Below, in pieces: positions 40,927-50,688 of a stretch of DNA of 64,000 nucleotides (the first letter of the stretch is position 1; each line of letters starts with the position of its first letter). The DNA is taken from NCBI GenBank assembly GCA_037142155.1, contig JBAXBE010000005.1:6171-70170 (forward strand). Direction: 5' to 3'. The position numbers and the translations under genes are program-made. Source of the stretch: Chlorobiaceae bacterium (GTDB lineage Bacteria; Bacteroidota; Chlorobiia; Chlorobiales; Chlorobiaceae). Under the pieces are notes generated by a model, which saw only the letters and a program-made list of their open reading frames with translations, ran no database searches and was not told the origin of the DNA.

Positions 40927-41050
40927 TTCATTTCAAACCTTTCCCTGCCATTTCGAACCCCCTCTTGTCATTTCGAACGCAGAGAGAAATCTCGCTCGGT
41001 CTCTCACTGAACGGGAACCCCTCTCCCGACAAGTCGGGAGGGGATGACAC
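40927..41050. repeat. Mosaic intergenic repeat locus R2
   Basis: Three tandem catttc(g/a)aac units. The module tgtcatttcgaacgcagagagaaatc (40966-40991) matches 48733-48758. Also has hairpin ctcccgac-aa-gtcgggag (41023-41040) and gggatgacac (41041-41050, also at 48801-48810). Confidence 0.85.
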
Positions 41051-41104
41051 CATGCCGAAATCACGTAAATCATCTACTCTCCAAGAGAGCCCGAGGGAAT
41101 GCCT

Positions 41105-42493
41105 TCACCCCTTTGCGGGTGGTGCGGGCAGGAGCGATCGGCCGAGCGCTCGCTCAAGCTGGACGCTGGACAGAAGATAATCGTAGACGGCCTGCAGGTA
41201 GTTGGTCTTTGCCTTGTTGAGCTGCAACTCCGCATCGGTCAGCTCCAGGCGTGAGCCTATGCCCTCCCTGAAACGGAGCTGCGCGATGCGGTAGCTCCGC
41301 TCCGCGACACTGATGGTTTTCGTCTGCACCTCGATTCTCTTCTGCGACTCCCTGAAGTTTGCCATGCGCACCTCAACTTCGGCCCTGATATTGGCCCTGA
41401 GATCCTCAAGCCTCGTGCGGGTCTGCAGCTCTTCAATCTTTGCCTCCTCCACTTTCGAGCTTGTCCTGAATCCCGTGAAGATTGGAAGGGTCACCTGCAC
41501 TCCGACAGCGGAAGAGAGCGGCCAGCGCGATGCCGACGGCTTGACATCATCGTTGAAGGCAGTTTGAGACTCAAGCTTTCCGAATGCGCTCACCACCGGA
41601 AAATGCTCCGCGCGGGCCGCAGAGACCTTCTCGCCTTGCGCCCGGACCTGAAGTTCGAGCTGACGAAAGTCCGGCCGTTTCTCAAGGGCTTCACGATATG
41701 CCTCGGTGATTTCTGCAGGATAACCGACTTTGGGAAGCTCAAGCTTGCCGGCAAGCAGAACCGGGCTTTCCGGGGAGAGACCCATCACGTTCTTGAGCCT
41801 TGTCATGGTAATGCCGACACGGTTTTCTGCCTGTATGAAGTCAGGGCGGAGATTCTCGACCGAGAGGAATGCCTTGAGGGTATCGATATCTGCAGCAACA
41901 CCCTGGCGGAACATCGCCCTGGTGTCCTTTCGCGACTGCTCCCAGCGCGCTATGCTCTGCTCTATCAGCTTGAGCTGGTCCCTTGAGATAAGCGCATCAA
42001 AGTAGGCCATCTTGATGTCAGCAACCGTGGCCGACTCCATATTCCGGTAGGCCTCTTCGCTCATGCGGCGCACAATTCCCGCCGCCCGTATTCCTGCAAT
42101 GGCAGAGCCGTTGAAGAGCGGTTGCGTGACGTTCAGGGTGGCGCTGGCGGTATTGTCGGCGCTGATTTCAATCGGACTGAAGGCAGTTCCGCTCCCGCCT
42201 TTCAACGCATCGAGAGGGAAAAAGAGTACGGATGGCTTGAGTGAACGGGTATAGGTGAATCCGGTTAAGATCTGGGGCATCACCGCCGACCATGACTCGC
42301 GGATCTTCTGGCCGGCCATATCGCGGTCCAGGCGGGCTATTTCAAGGGCGCGGCTTTTTTCGAGACCGATTCGCACCGCATCGTCAAGCGTCAGCGCGCT
42401 CGGGAGCTCTGCCGGGGCAGCATAGAGGGCTTGCGGAGTCGTCAAAAAGATGATTGGCAGCAAAAGAAAAAGAGTTGCTCGCAACCTGTTCAT
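41105..42493 (-). CDS. TolC-family outer membrane efflux protein
   Basis: Signal peptide MNRLRATLFLLLPIIFLTTPQALYA and two OEP repeats with coiled-coil signatures. The start was trimmed to the ATG at 42493. No adjacent pump genes. Confidence 0.85.
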   Translation of the reverse strand: MNRLRATLFLLLPIIFLTTPQALYAAPAELPSALTLDDAVRIGLEKSRALEIARLDRDMAGQKIRESWSAVMPQILTGFTYTRSLKPSVLFFPLDALKGGSGTAFSPIEISADNTASATLNVTQPLFNGSAIAGIRAAGIVRRMSEEAYRNMESATVADIKMAYFDALISRDQLKLIEQSIARWEQSRKDTRAMFRQGVAADIDTLKAFLSVENLRPDFIQAENRVGITMTRLKNVMGLSPESPVLLAGKLELPKVGYPAEITEAYREALEKRPDFRQLELQVRAQGEKVSAARAEHFPVVSAFGKLESQTAFNDDVKPSASRWPLSSAVGVQVTLPIFTGFRTSSKVEEAKIEELQTRTRLEDLRANIRAEVEVRMANFRESQKRIEVQTKTISVAERSYRIAQLRFREGIGSRLELTDAELQLNKAKTNYLQAVYDYLLSSVQLERALGRSLLPAPPAKG

Positions 42494-42594
42494 AACCTGA
42501 TTCTGTCTTGATGAAAAAAAACGCTGCCGCACGTAAAAACCCGATAATGAGCAGTCAGGGCGCAATATACAAAGAGCTTCACGTATCGGAAAGG

Positions 42595-43938
42595 TCAACT
42601 GTGGCCTCGATCGTTCCACAAGCGCTCAAGCCGCTCCTTGATGTACTTCTCCCGTCCCTCTTCACCCGGACGGTAGTATGACTTCGGCTCAACTCCCTCA
42701 GGAAAATACCGCTGGCGGACAAAATGCTCCGGATAGCTGTGCGGGTAGCGATACCCCTCGCCGTACCCTTCGGCTTTCATGAGTTTGGTCGGCGCATTGC
42801 GCAGATGGAGCGGCACGGGAAGTTCCCCCGTCTCCCTTGCCTCAGAGAGCGCCTCGTTGATCCCCTGATAGCTGGCGTTCGACTTCGGCGCCGAGGCAAG
42901 ATAGGTGACCCCATGCGCCAGGTTGATGCGCGCCTCGGGAAGCCCGATGGTTTCAACCGCATGAAAGACGGAGATAGCGAGGGTCAGGCCGTAAGGGTCG
43001 GCATTACCGACATCCTCACTGGCAAAAATGACCATACGGCGGGCAATGAACTTGGGGTCTTCGCCCCCTTCCAGCATCCGGGCGAGCCAGAAGAGCGCCG
43101 CATCGGGGTCGGAACCGCGCATCGACTTGATAAACGCCGAAATGATGTCGTAGTGGCTCTCGCCCCCCTTGTCGTAAATCGGGGCCCGGTGCTGCAGGGC
43201 ACGTTCCAGCAGCTCTCTGGTGAGTACCGGCTCAGGTGTCTCGTCAGGAACGAGGGAGAGTGCGGTTTCAATTGCGTTGAGCGCCTTGCGCGCATCACCT
43301 GCGGCAAACTGCAGAAGGAAATCAATATCGGGAATCTCGACCTGGAGATGGCTGAACTGGCGGTCCTCTTTGAGTGCGCGACGAATCACCCGCTCTATCT
43401 CAACAGGCTCGAGCGGCTTGAGGATATAGACCTGCATCCGGCTCAGAAGCGCAGCATTCACCTCAAAGGAGGGGTTTTCGGTCGTCGCGCCGATGAGGAT
43501 GATAAGCCCCTGTTCGATGGCATGCAAGAGCGTATCCTGCTGGCCCTTGTTGAAGCGGTGAATCTCGTCGATGAAGAGGATAGTGCGCACGCCGGCGTTT
43601 CTTGATTTGCGCGCATTTTCGAGCGCCTTGCGCACATCTTTCACGCCGGAATCGATTGCCGAAAGCTGTTCGAAGCGGTAGCTGAGCGAAGAGGCACAGA
43701 TCTCCGCAAGTGTTGTTTTGCCGGAACCGGGAGGGCCCCAGAAAATCATTGACGGAAGCTGCCCGGAAGCAAGAAATCGGCGCAGAGGGCCGGCGGGGCC
43801 GACCAGATGCTCCTGACCCGCCATATCGTCAAGTGTGCGGGGCCGCACCCGTTCGGCGAGAGGCTGAAAAGCCCTCCCCGCATTTTCAGCATCAGGAAGC
43901 CTGAAGAGGTCGGGCTGCGTGTAGTCGGAATCGCTCAT
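42595..43938 (-). CDS. rarA: Replication-associated recombination protein A (AAA+ ATPase, MgsA/RarA)
   Basis: Walker [10 protein letters not shown], Walker [12 protein letters not shown], and a C-terminal MgsA domain ([17 protein letters not shown]). Confidence 0.93.
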   Translation of the reverse strand: MSDSDYTQPDLFRLPDAENAGRAFQPLAERVRPRTLDDMAGQEHLVGPAGPLRRFLASGQLPSMIFWGPPGSGKTTLAEICASSLSYRFEQLSAIDSGVKDVRKALENARKSRNAGVRTILFIDEIHRFNKGQQDTLLHAIEQGLIILIGATTENPSFEVNAALLSRMQVYILKPLEPVEIERVIRRALKEDRQFSHLQVEIPDIDFLLQFAAGDARKALNAIETALSLVPDETPEPVLTRELLERALQHRAPIYDKGGESHYDIISAFIKSMRGSDPDAALFWLARMLEGGEDPKFIARRMVIFASEDVGNADPYGLTLAISVFHAVETIGLPEARINLAHGVTYLASAPKSNASYQGINEALSEARETGELPVPLHLRNAPTKLMKAEGYGEGYRYPHSYPEHFVRQRYFPEGVEPKSYYRPGEEGREKYIKERLERLWNDRGHS

Positions 43939-44595
43939 CTAAAATCCATGCTCCTCGAGCCACTTTTCGTTGATTGAGGAACTTTGCCCGCCGGATGGGG
44001 AGCGCAAAGCGGTCTGGCGGGCAACATACTTGCCGAGGATGTCGAACTCGAGGTTCACCCGGTCTCCAGATTTAAGAGCGTTGAGGGTGGTATTGGCAAA
44101 GGTATAGGGAATGATTGCGACAGCAAAGCGCAGCCCCTCGAGCCGTGCGACCGTCAGGCTGATGCCGTCTATGGTTATCGAGCCGGCAGGAACGATATAG
44201 GGCAGAAATGATTCGGGATAGCTGATCCAGAGTTCACGGCTCGAGCCGAGCTCCCTCTGTTCCCTTACCGAACCCGTGCAATCGACATGACCGAGAACAA
44301 AATGCCCCCCGAGACGGTCCAGCGGGCGGAGCGCACGTTCGAGATTCACCGGAGAGCCGGTCTGCAAATCGCCAAGGGTCGTTTTCTTGAGCGTCTCTTC
44401 GACAGTGTCCACCTCCAGCCACCCGTCGCCAGCAGCGACGACCGTCTGGCAGGCGCCGTTGATGCTGACGCTCTCGTCAATCGAAAGGCCACTGAACTCT
44501 TCGGCACTCCGGTAGAGCACCCTGAGGCGCAGGCCTCCGTTGCGCCTTGTGATTCCGGTCACCCGGCCGACATCCTTGACAATTCCGGTAAACAT
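43939..44595 (-). CDS. ribE: Riboflavin synthase alpha chain
   Basis: Canonical N-terminus MFTGIV and two lumazine-binding repeats (GHVD, SLTV). The start was trimmed to 44595. Confidence 0.93.
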   Translation of the reverse strand: MFTGIVKDVGRVTGITRRNGGLRLRVLYRSAEEFSGLSIDESVSINGACQTVVAAGDGWLEVDTVEETLKKTTLGDLQTGSPVNLERALRPLDRLGGHFVLGHVDCTGSVREQRELGSSRELWISYPESFLPYIVPAGSITIDGISLTVARLEGLRFAVAIIPYTFANTTLNALKSGDRVNLEFDILGKYVARQTALRSPSGGQSSSINEKWLEEHGF

Positions 44596-44679
44596 GGCAT
44601 GATGTTTCGCGTTCAGCAAACAAGGGTGGCGTTGAGTGCAACTAACGCCAGTCCGTCAATATATAACCCTCTCCAGCAG

Positions 44680-44705
44680 AAAAAAAGCCGGCAGAGGCGC
44701 CGGCT
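44680..44705 (-). terminator. Rho-independent terminator after tpx
   Basis: On the minus strand: AGCCGGC-gcctct-GCCGGCT followed by T7, 55 nt after the tpx stop. Confidence 0.8.
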
Positions 44706-44760
44706 TGAAAACTCAGCTCCCCAAGAAGAGCCTGCTCTATCAGGAAAAAACCATGAAAGG

Positions 44761-45261
44761 CTATCTCAGTGCGGCTATTGCTGCGGCATAGTCCGGCTCC
44801 TCGACGATTTCCGGAACCTGCTGGGCATGGCTCACCAGCCCATCGGCATCGACAACGATGATGGCGCGGGAAAGCAGTCCCTTGAGAGGGCCTGTGGCAA
44901 TGGTGACGCCGTAATCGCGACCGAACTCAGGCGAGCGGAATACCGAAAGCGGCACAACGTTGTTCAGCCCCTCGACTTCACAGAAACGCTTGTGGGCGAA
45001 AGGAAGATCTGCGGAGATGCAGAGCACGACCGTGTTTTCAAACGAAGCAGCCTCCTGGTTGAACCTTCTAACGGAAGCCGCACAGACCGGAGTATCGAGG
45101 CTCGGAAAGATATTGAGAACCAGACGTTTGCCCGCAAAGTCGGCCGGCCCCGCTTCAGAGAGGTCGGTTTTCACCAGACAGAAAAAAGGCGCCTCGGAAC
45201 CTTTTGCAGGAAGTGTTCCAACAGTCTCGATCGCATTGCCTTTCAGTGTAATTTGTGCCAT
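44761..45261 (-). CDS. tpx: Thiol peroxidase (atypical 2-Cys peroxiredoxin)
   Basis: [12 protein letters not shown] peroxidatic Cys motif and the typical Tpx N-terminus and length (166 aa). Confidence 0.92.
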   Translation of the reverse strand: MAQITLKGNAIETVGTLPAKGSEAPFFCLVKTDLSEAGPADFAGKRLVLNIFPSLDTPVCAASVRRFNQEAASFENTVVLCISADLPFAHKRFCEVEGLNNVVPLSVFRSPEFGRDYGVTIATGPLKGLLSRAIIVVDADGLVSHAQQVPEIVEEPDYAAAIAALR

Positions 45262-45327
45262 AAAAAAAGCGGTTATCGGTTATGGTTGAATAGTGGAAAT
45301 ACACAAGCGTGACAAGATAATAAAACT

Positions 45328-45879
45328 TCACTGGACCTGCAGTGTCACCCATGCGGCGAAACGATCCATCCAGTTCTGCAGGAATTGCCGGCTCCCTTCG
45401 CCGATACCTCCGTCCTCCGTGAACAGCCCCTCCTTGGCCTGAATAAAGCCTTCGGGCTGGCCGAGCGTCGGCACATCGAGAAAGGCAAGGATGTTGCGCA
45501 GATGCTGCTGCGCCAGAGCCGTACCTGCCGCGCCGGGCGAAATACCCAGAACACCCGCCGGCTTTCCGGCCCAGACACTCTCTCCATAAGGACGCGAGGC
45601 GTGGTCGATGGCGTTCTTGAGCACACCGGGAATCGAGCGGTTGTATTCAGGCGTAACAAACATCAGCGCGTCGGCCTCCCTGATCTAGCGCTTCAGCCGC
45701 ACGACTGATTCAGCGGGGGAAGCATCGTCATCCTGAGAGTAGAGTGGCAGATCGGCAATCTGCACCTCGGTGAACGAGAACCCCTCCGGAGCAAGCCGGA
45801 TAACAGCCCGGGCAAACCTGCGGTTGAGCGAATCCTTGCAGATGCTTCCGACGATAAAGGCAATGGTATAGTTCTTCAT
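45328..45879 (-). pseudogene. NAD(P)H-dependent FMN reductase interrupted by one in-frame TAG
   Basis: Track ORFs 45685..45879 and 45328..45663 are in the same frame. Read-through gives ...VVRLKR*IREADALMFVTPEYNRSIPGVLKNAIDHASRP, a continuous FMN_red-family sequence across the stop at 45685-45687. Confidence 0.8.
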
Positions 45880-45923
45880 AAAGCAAAAGCAATTAAAGTT
45901 TTTTCAAAGTAAGCCGCCCCCTC

Positions 45924-46703
45924 TCAGCCCAAGCGAACGGAGAGCATGGAGAGCGCACCGCCCTCAATCCCCTCAACCGGAAAACTGACCGGCTCGCCCG
46001 CTCTCTGGAGGCCAAGAATGTAGAGCAGGGGCAGGAAGTGGTCGGGCGAAGGAGCGGCAAGACGAGCATCTTCTCCCATCGTTTTGTAGTGCACGAGCTC
46101 TCGCCCCCGGCCATCAAGAATGGCCTTTCGGACTTCACCCTCGAACCTCAGCGCCCAATCGAGGGGAGAGACCGGCTCTTGGCTCCAGTTGTAGGCTCGA
46201 AGGTTGTGAACAATGTTACCGCTGCCGACAATCAGAACTCCCTCCTGGCGTAGCGGCTGAAGAAGCCTCGCAGTCTCATAATGAAAATCCGGCTCCTTTG
46301 TTTCGTCCAGACTGAGCTGGACAACCGGAATATCGGCATCAGGAAAAACGTGACAGAGTACCGACCATGTCCCGTGGTCGAGACCCCTCCTGGCATCGAA
46401 ACGGACATCAAGAGGATGAAGCAGCTCACGTACCCTTTCAGCTGTTTCCGGGCTGCCCGGCGCCGGCCAGGTAAAGTCAAACAGCCCGCGGGGAAAGCCG
46501 TAGAAGTCGTGAATGGTCTCAGGAGAGAGGCTTCCGGATACCGCAATTTCAGGCCCGTACCAGTGGGCCGATATGGCAAGAACTGCCTTGGGGCGCACGA
46601 TGCTCTCGCCAAACCGTCGCCACCCTTCGGTATAGGCATTCGAACCAATCGCATTCATCGGGTTGCCATGCCCGAAAAAAACCGCCGGCATTACTGTTCC
46701 CAT
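45924..46703 (-). CDS. LigB-type extradiol dioxygenase (YgiD / 4,5-DOPA dioxygenase-like)
   Basis: MPAVFFGHGNPMN...AISAHW is collinear with the E. coli YgiD N-terminus. The start may be the ATG at 46691. Confidence 0.8.
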   Translation of the reverse strand: MGTVMPAVFFGHGNPMNAIGSNAYTEGWRRFGESIVRPKAVLAISAHWYGPEIAVSGSLSPETIHDFYGFPRGLFDFTWPAPGSPETAERVRELLHPLDVRFDARRGLDHGTWSVLCHVFPDADIPVVQLSLDETKEPDFHYETARLLQPLRQEGVLIVGSGNIVHNLRAYNWSQEPVSPLDWALRFEGEVRKAILDGRGRELVHYKTMGEDARLAAPSPDHFLPLLYILGLQRAGEPVSFPVEGIEGGALSMLSVRLG

Positions 46704-46740
46704 ATCGCCTCTCCGTCTAATAACAGCGTTAATAACCGCC

Positions 46741-47340
46741 CTACTTTGGCTGAACCTTTACCAGCTCGACTTCCAGCGTTATCTGCACCTCTTCGCCAAC
46801 GGCAACGCCACCGGTTTCAAGCGCCTTGTTCCAGACAAGCCCGAACTCCTTTCGGTTAATGGTGGTGGTTGCCGTAGTTCCGCGCCTGAGGTTGCCCCAT
46901 GGGTCCTTGCTCTCTTTTGAGAACGGCGCCACGTCGAGCACAACATCTTTGGTAACGCCGTGAATCGTAAGCGCCCCGCTCACCTTCAGGGCACCCTTGG
47001 CACCACGGCTCCATTTTTTCGACACAAAGGTCATGACCGGATATTTGGCGACATCAAAAAAATCGGCACTGCGAAGATGTTCATCCCGCTTCTGCACATT
47101 GGTGTTGATGGAGGCAGTCTCAATGCTCACATCGGCCTTCGACCTGGTGATATCCTTCTCATTAAGGTCGACAACACCGGAGTACTTCTCGAAGCTTCCC
47201 TTGACGTTCGACACCATCAAATGGCGAACCTTGAATCCAACATTGGAATGATCAGCGTCAATGTTCCATGTGGCAGCCGAAGCAAGTGAGGGCGAGAGAA
47301 AAAAAAGAGCGATCGCAAGCGTTCTGGAGAGGTGTTTCAT
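46741..47340 (-). CDS. YceI-family periplasmic polyisoprenoid-binding protein
   Basis: Signal peptide MKHLSRTLAIALFFLSPSLASA and HSNVGFKVRHLMVSNVKGSF YceI core motif. The start was trimmed to 47340. Confidence 0.85.
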   Translation of the reverse strand: MKHLSRTLAIALFFLSPSLASAATWNIDADHSNVGFKVRHLMVSNVKGSFEKYSGVVDLNEKDITRSKADVSIETASINTNVQKRDEHLRSADFFDVAKYPVMTFVSKKWSRGAKGALKVSGALTIHGVTKDVVLDVAPFSKESKDPWGNLRRGTTATTTINRKEFGLVWNKALETGGVAVGEEVQITLEVELVKVQPK

Positions 47341-47455
47341 TGTTTTTGTTCGTTTATTTTTTTGAGCAGACACTCTCAATCAACTACCCATGCGCTGGTT
47401 AAGTTGCAATAAGAAGTTAATTATGGGACTTTTTTTGTCCAAGACATTACTGAAA

Positions 47456-48262
47456 TCACCCTGCCGGCAGCACCTGGTACCAGCCGTTTGCCGAGGCGAC
47501 ATCGAGGGGGCAGTCAAAGAGTTCGGAAAGGAGTTCGGAGGTCAGCACCTCCCCCTTTTTCCCGTCGCGGAGAGTCTGCCCCTCTTTGAGCATCACCACT
47601 CGATCAATTTCCGGAGGAATCTCATGCAGATGATGGGTCACGAGCAGCACGGTTTTTCCCTCATGCATCAGCATACGGAGTGTTTCAAGGTAGCTGGATG
47701 TCCCCTTCAAGTCGAGCCCGGTGGTCGGCTCGTCAAAAAGCAGCGCATCCGGATTGTTGATGAGCGCCCGCCCTAGCAGAAAGCGACGCTGCTGGCCGGT
47801 TGACATTGAGCCGAAAGCACGCCCGCGAAGCTCAGAAATGCCAAGCCGTTGCATGACGGCTTCGGCCTTTTCCAAATCCTCCCCGCTGAACTCCTGGTTC
47901 TGCCAGGTATCGATGCTGCCGTAGAAGCCGGAGAGCACCACATTCACACCTCGTGCTCCCGAGAGGTAGCTGTGCTGGAGGTCGTGGGAGACAATGCCAA
48001 GCCTGCAACGCAGTTCTTCCAGATTCCAGCGGTCGCGCCCGAAAACCCTGACATGGCTCCCGGGATCGGCAACCGGATAGATCTCCTTCGATATCAGCTT
48101 CAAAAGGGTGCTCTTGCCCGAACCGTTAGGCCCGAGAATTGCCGTATTGCACCCCTCATCGATCTTCAGCGACAACCCTTCGAAAACACGGGTAGATCCC
48201 CGGTATGCCGTTGCATGGCCAATATCCAGGAAGGTGCCGACCTCGGTTGCGCCTGAACTCAT
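47456..48262 (-). CDS. Stand-alone ABC ATPase (single cassette, no permease adjacent)
   Basis: Walker [10 protein letters not shown], signature MSTGQQRR and Walker B LLFDEP. The ATG at 48262 forms an ATGA overlap with the DoxX stop. Confidence 0.85.
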   Translation of the reverse strand: MSSGATEVGTFLDIGHATAYRGSTRVFEGLSLKIDEGCNTAILGPNGSGKSTLLKLISKEIYPVADPGSHVRVFGRDRWNLEELRCRLGIVSHDLQHSYLSGARGVNVVLSGFYGSIDTWQNQEFSGEDLEKAEAVMQRLGISELRGRAFGSMSTGQQRRFLLGRALINNPDALLFDEPTTGLDLKGTSSYLETLRMLMHEGKTVLLVTHHLHEIPPEIDRVVMLKEGQTLRDGKKGEVLTSELLSELFDCPLDVASANGWYQVLPAG

Positions 48263-48708
48263 CGCCACAAGCCGCTTCCGCGGGAGGCACTGAAGCGGCC
48301 CGCGCCGAAAAAGAAGAGCGCAAGGGAGCCGAAGAGATAGAGTACCTGCAGCTCAAGGCCGTAGCCGCCCTGCCCGGTCAGGGAGTGGAGGTCATGCGAA
48401 TGCACAAGATAGAGGGCCATGAACATACCGAATGCCTGAACAAGAGCTGCCGGACGGGTATAGATGCCCAGCACCACGAAGAGCGGCGCAAGCAGTTCGG
48501 TGAGGAGCACGCCGTGCGAAAGGTAGCCAGGAAGGGCAGCCTTCACGAGCAGAGGCTCCACAAACCCGTACCCGTGCTGCAGCTTGTGCACCCCGTGAAA
48601 GAGCATCAGCCCTCCCACAGAAACACGCAGAAGCAGCTTTCCAAAATCACTGTTATTGATAAGACGATCCAGCATGGGGGAGCTCCTTTTGCTATAATTT
48701 TTAGCCAT
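48259..48708 (-). CDS. DoxX-family membrane protein
   Basis: [19 protein letters not shown] motif and four hydrophobic helices. The start is uncertain (ATG 48708, GTG 48714, ATG 48675). Confidence 0.8.
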   Translation of the reverse strand: MAKNYSKRSSPMLDRLINNSDFGKLLLRVSVGGLMLFHGVHKLQHGYGFVEPLLVKAALPGYLSHGVLLTELLAPLFVVLGIYTRPAALVQAFGMFMALYLVHSHDLHSLTGQGGYGLELQVLYLFGSLALFFFGAGRFSASRGSGLWR

Positions 48709-48732
48709 CACCACATCAGTTATTTACCCCTC

Positions 48733-48959
48733 TGTCATTTCGAACGCAGAGAGAAGTCCACCCTCCACCTTACACCAAACTGAGATCCCTCTCTTCTTTC
48801 GGGATGACACAACCCGGTCAAACCAGCCTCAAATCATCCCGACAAGCCGGGGTTCGTGAACCAACCTCTTCACTCAGCACTCGCGACTCAGCGCTCCTCA
48901 CCTCTTCTCTTGTCCACTATCGTCCACTTTCCTCTTCCTAATCCAAAACTCACAATCTC
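48733..48959. repeat. Mosaic intergenic repeat locus R3
   Basis: tgtcatttcgaacgcagagagaagtc shares 23 nt exactly with 40966-40991. ctgagatccctc also occurs at 20973. It further carries gggatgacac, tcccgacaagccgggg, an inverted copy of the gagtgctgag unit from 20961, and aatccaaaac. Confidence 0.85.
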
Positions 48960-50066
48960 CTACCGGCTGACATAGGCCTCAAGCAGGAGATCATTGCCAA
49001 AAAAAACCGGCGGCTCGAACCGGAGAGTGACGGCCTGATCGGGCAGGCTGATGCCAAGCGGAGCAAAGGAGCTCAGCGCGTCGCCACCGAAAAGTTTCGG
49101 AGCGATGAACATGTAGAGCTTGTCAACCAGACCCTCCTCTATGAACGATGCCGCGAGCCGGCTTCCGCCTTCGACCAGAAGTGAAGTCACCCGGCGCTTG
49201 TGCAGCTCCTCGAGCACCTGGCGAAGGTCAAGACGACCGGCGTGTTCGTGCACAAATTGCACCTCCACCCCTTTCGCCCTGAGTTGCCCGGCTTTCGGCA
49301 GCTGCTCCCATGAGGAGGAGGCAAAAACAGTGACCGGGGAGTGGGTACTAAAAATCCTTGACTCCAGCGGAAGGTTCAGCCTCCGGTCAAGCACAACGCG
49401 CAGCGGATTGCGCCCCACGGCGTCCCTGACGGTGAGCTCGGCGTCATCCACACGCACGGTTGCCTCCCCGGCCATGACAGCGTCATAAACACTCCGAAGC
49501 CGGTGAACCTCCCTGCGCGACTCTTCACCGGTAATCCAGCGTGATGCGCCAAGAGAGGTGGCGATTTTACCATCAAGCGTTTCGGCCAGCTTCAGGGCAA
49601 CAAAAGGCCGGCCGAAGGTGTGGCTCTTGATGAACGCCTCGTTGAGCTTCAGGCACTCACCCTCAAGCACCCCCTCGGTTACCGGAATCCCGGCATCGCG
49701 AAGCTTCAGAAAGCCCTTGCCTGCAACCTCTGGATTGGGGTCCCGGCATCCTGCAACCACTCTGGCGAGCCCCTTTTCAACAATCAGGTCGCTGCAGGGA
49801 GGAGTTTTGCCAAAATGAGCGCAGGGCTCAAGGTTGACATAGAGTGTTGACCCCCGGAGCCGCGACGGGTCGGCAACCGAAGCAATGGCGTTGACCTCGG
49901 CATGAGGGCCGCCGTAACGCTCATGGAATCCCTCGCCGATAACCGTTCCGCCGCAAACAATGACCGACCCCACCATCGGGTTGGGGCTCACACTGCCGGC
50001 GCCCCTCCGGGCAAGCTCTATGCAGCGCCTCATAAAGAGGGCGTCGAGCGGCTCCTGCTGTGTCAT
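48960..50066 (-). CDS. ribD: Bifunctional riboflavin biosynthesis protein RibD (pyrimidine deaminase/reductase)
   Basis: HAEVNA and [11 protein letters not shown] zinc-deaminase motifs, followed by the RibD_C reductase domain. Confidence 0.93.
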   Translation of the reverse strand: MTQQEPLDALFMRRCIELARRGAGSVSPNPMVGSVIVCGGTVIGEGFHERYGGPHAEVNAIASVADPSRLRGSTLYVNLEPCAHFGKTPPCSDLIVEKGLARVVAGCRDPNPEVAGKGFLKLRDAGIPVTEGVLEGECLKLNEAFIKSHTFGRPFVALKLAETLDGKIATSLGASRWITGEESRREVHRLRSVYDAVMAGEATVRVDDAELTVRDAVGRNPLRVVLDRRLNLPLESRIFSTHSPVTVFASSSWEQLPKAGQLRAKGVEVQFVHEHAGRLDLRQVLEELHKRRVTSLLVEGGSRLAASFIEEGLVDKLYMFIAPKLFGGDALSSFAPLGISLPDQAVTLRFEPPVFFGNDLLLEAYVSR

Positions 50067-50596
50067 GCAGCCGGACCTTCCCCGATGCCCACCTGGACCA
50101 GCTTGATGCCCGAAAGCCTCAGCAGTTCATCGATATGCTCGATTTTATAGGGTTTGCAGTAGTAGATGGTTTTTATGCCGACGTTAATCAGCACCTTGAG
50201 GCAGTGGATGCAGGGACTGGAGGTGATGTAGATGTCGGCATCCCTGATGGAGACGCCGTGCTTTGCCGCCTGGGCGATGGCGTTGATTTCGGCATGGATG
50301 GTGTTGACGCAGTTCTCCTCAACGGTCCCGTCGGGATGGATGCTTCGGTATATTTTGCAGGTCGAGTCATTGCAGTGCGGAAGCCCGGAAGGAGCGCCGT
50401 TATAGCCCGTCGAAAGGATGCTGTTCTCCCTGACGATGACCGCTCCGATATGGCCTCGGGTACAGGTCGCCCTGCGTGAGATAAGATGGGCGACATTCAT
50501 GAAATACTCATGCCATCCGAGCCGCTTTTCAGGACCGCTCAAGCCGCTTCCCTCACCGCAGGAGCAGCCGCAGCCTCCCGTCGTTTCTTCCTGCAT
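50063..50596 (-). CDS. dCMP deaminase (ComEB/deoxycytidylate deaminase family)
   Basis: [24 protein letters not shown] and SPCIHCLK zinc motifs. ATGA overlap with the ribD start. The start was trimmed to the ATG at 50596. Confidence 0.88.
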   Translation of the reverse strand: MQEETTGGCGCSCGEGSGLSGPEKRLGWHEYFMNVAHLISRRATCTRGHIGAVIVRENSILSTGYNGAPSGLPHCNDSTCKIYRSIHPDGTVEENCVNTIHAEINAIAQAAKHGVSIRDADIYITSSPCIHCLKVLINVGIKTIYYCKPYKIEHIDELLRLSGIKLVQVGIGEGPAA

Positions 50597-50688
50597 ATGC
50601 TTATTTATTGATACATTGGGAAAAAGAGTACCCGAGTCTTCCCGTAAAATAGAGAAAAAGATCCGGCTCACGCAACCTTTCGCCATTC

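Noticed and set aside
40869-41180. Track ORFs lying in repeat loci: 40869..41180, 15640..15945, 48205..48783 and 53924..54391.
   Set aside because: They are translations of the mosaic intergenic repeats, such as SFRTQREISL, CHFERREKST and GCDCYF. They have no start context and overlap real genes.
44596-44760. Looked for an FMN (RFN) riboswitch upstream of ribE, and similarly upstream of ribD and dCMP deaminase at 50597-50688.
   Set aside because: The spacers are too short (about 85 nt after the tpx terminator) and lack the conserved RFN core segments. Only a terminator and a small hairpin are present.
45685-45687. The in-frame TAG as a recoded codon (pyrrolysine or programmed read-through).
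   Set aside because: No pyl genes or read-through context are visible, and pyrrolysine is not known in this lineage. A nonsense mutation or a sequencing error is the simpler explanation.
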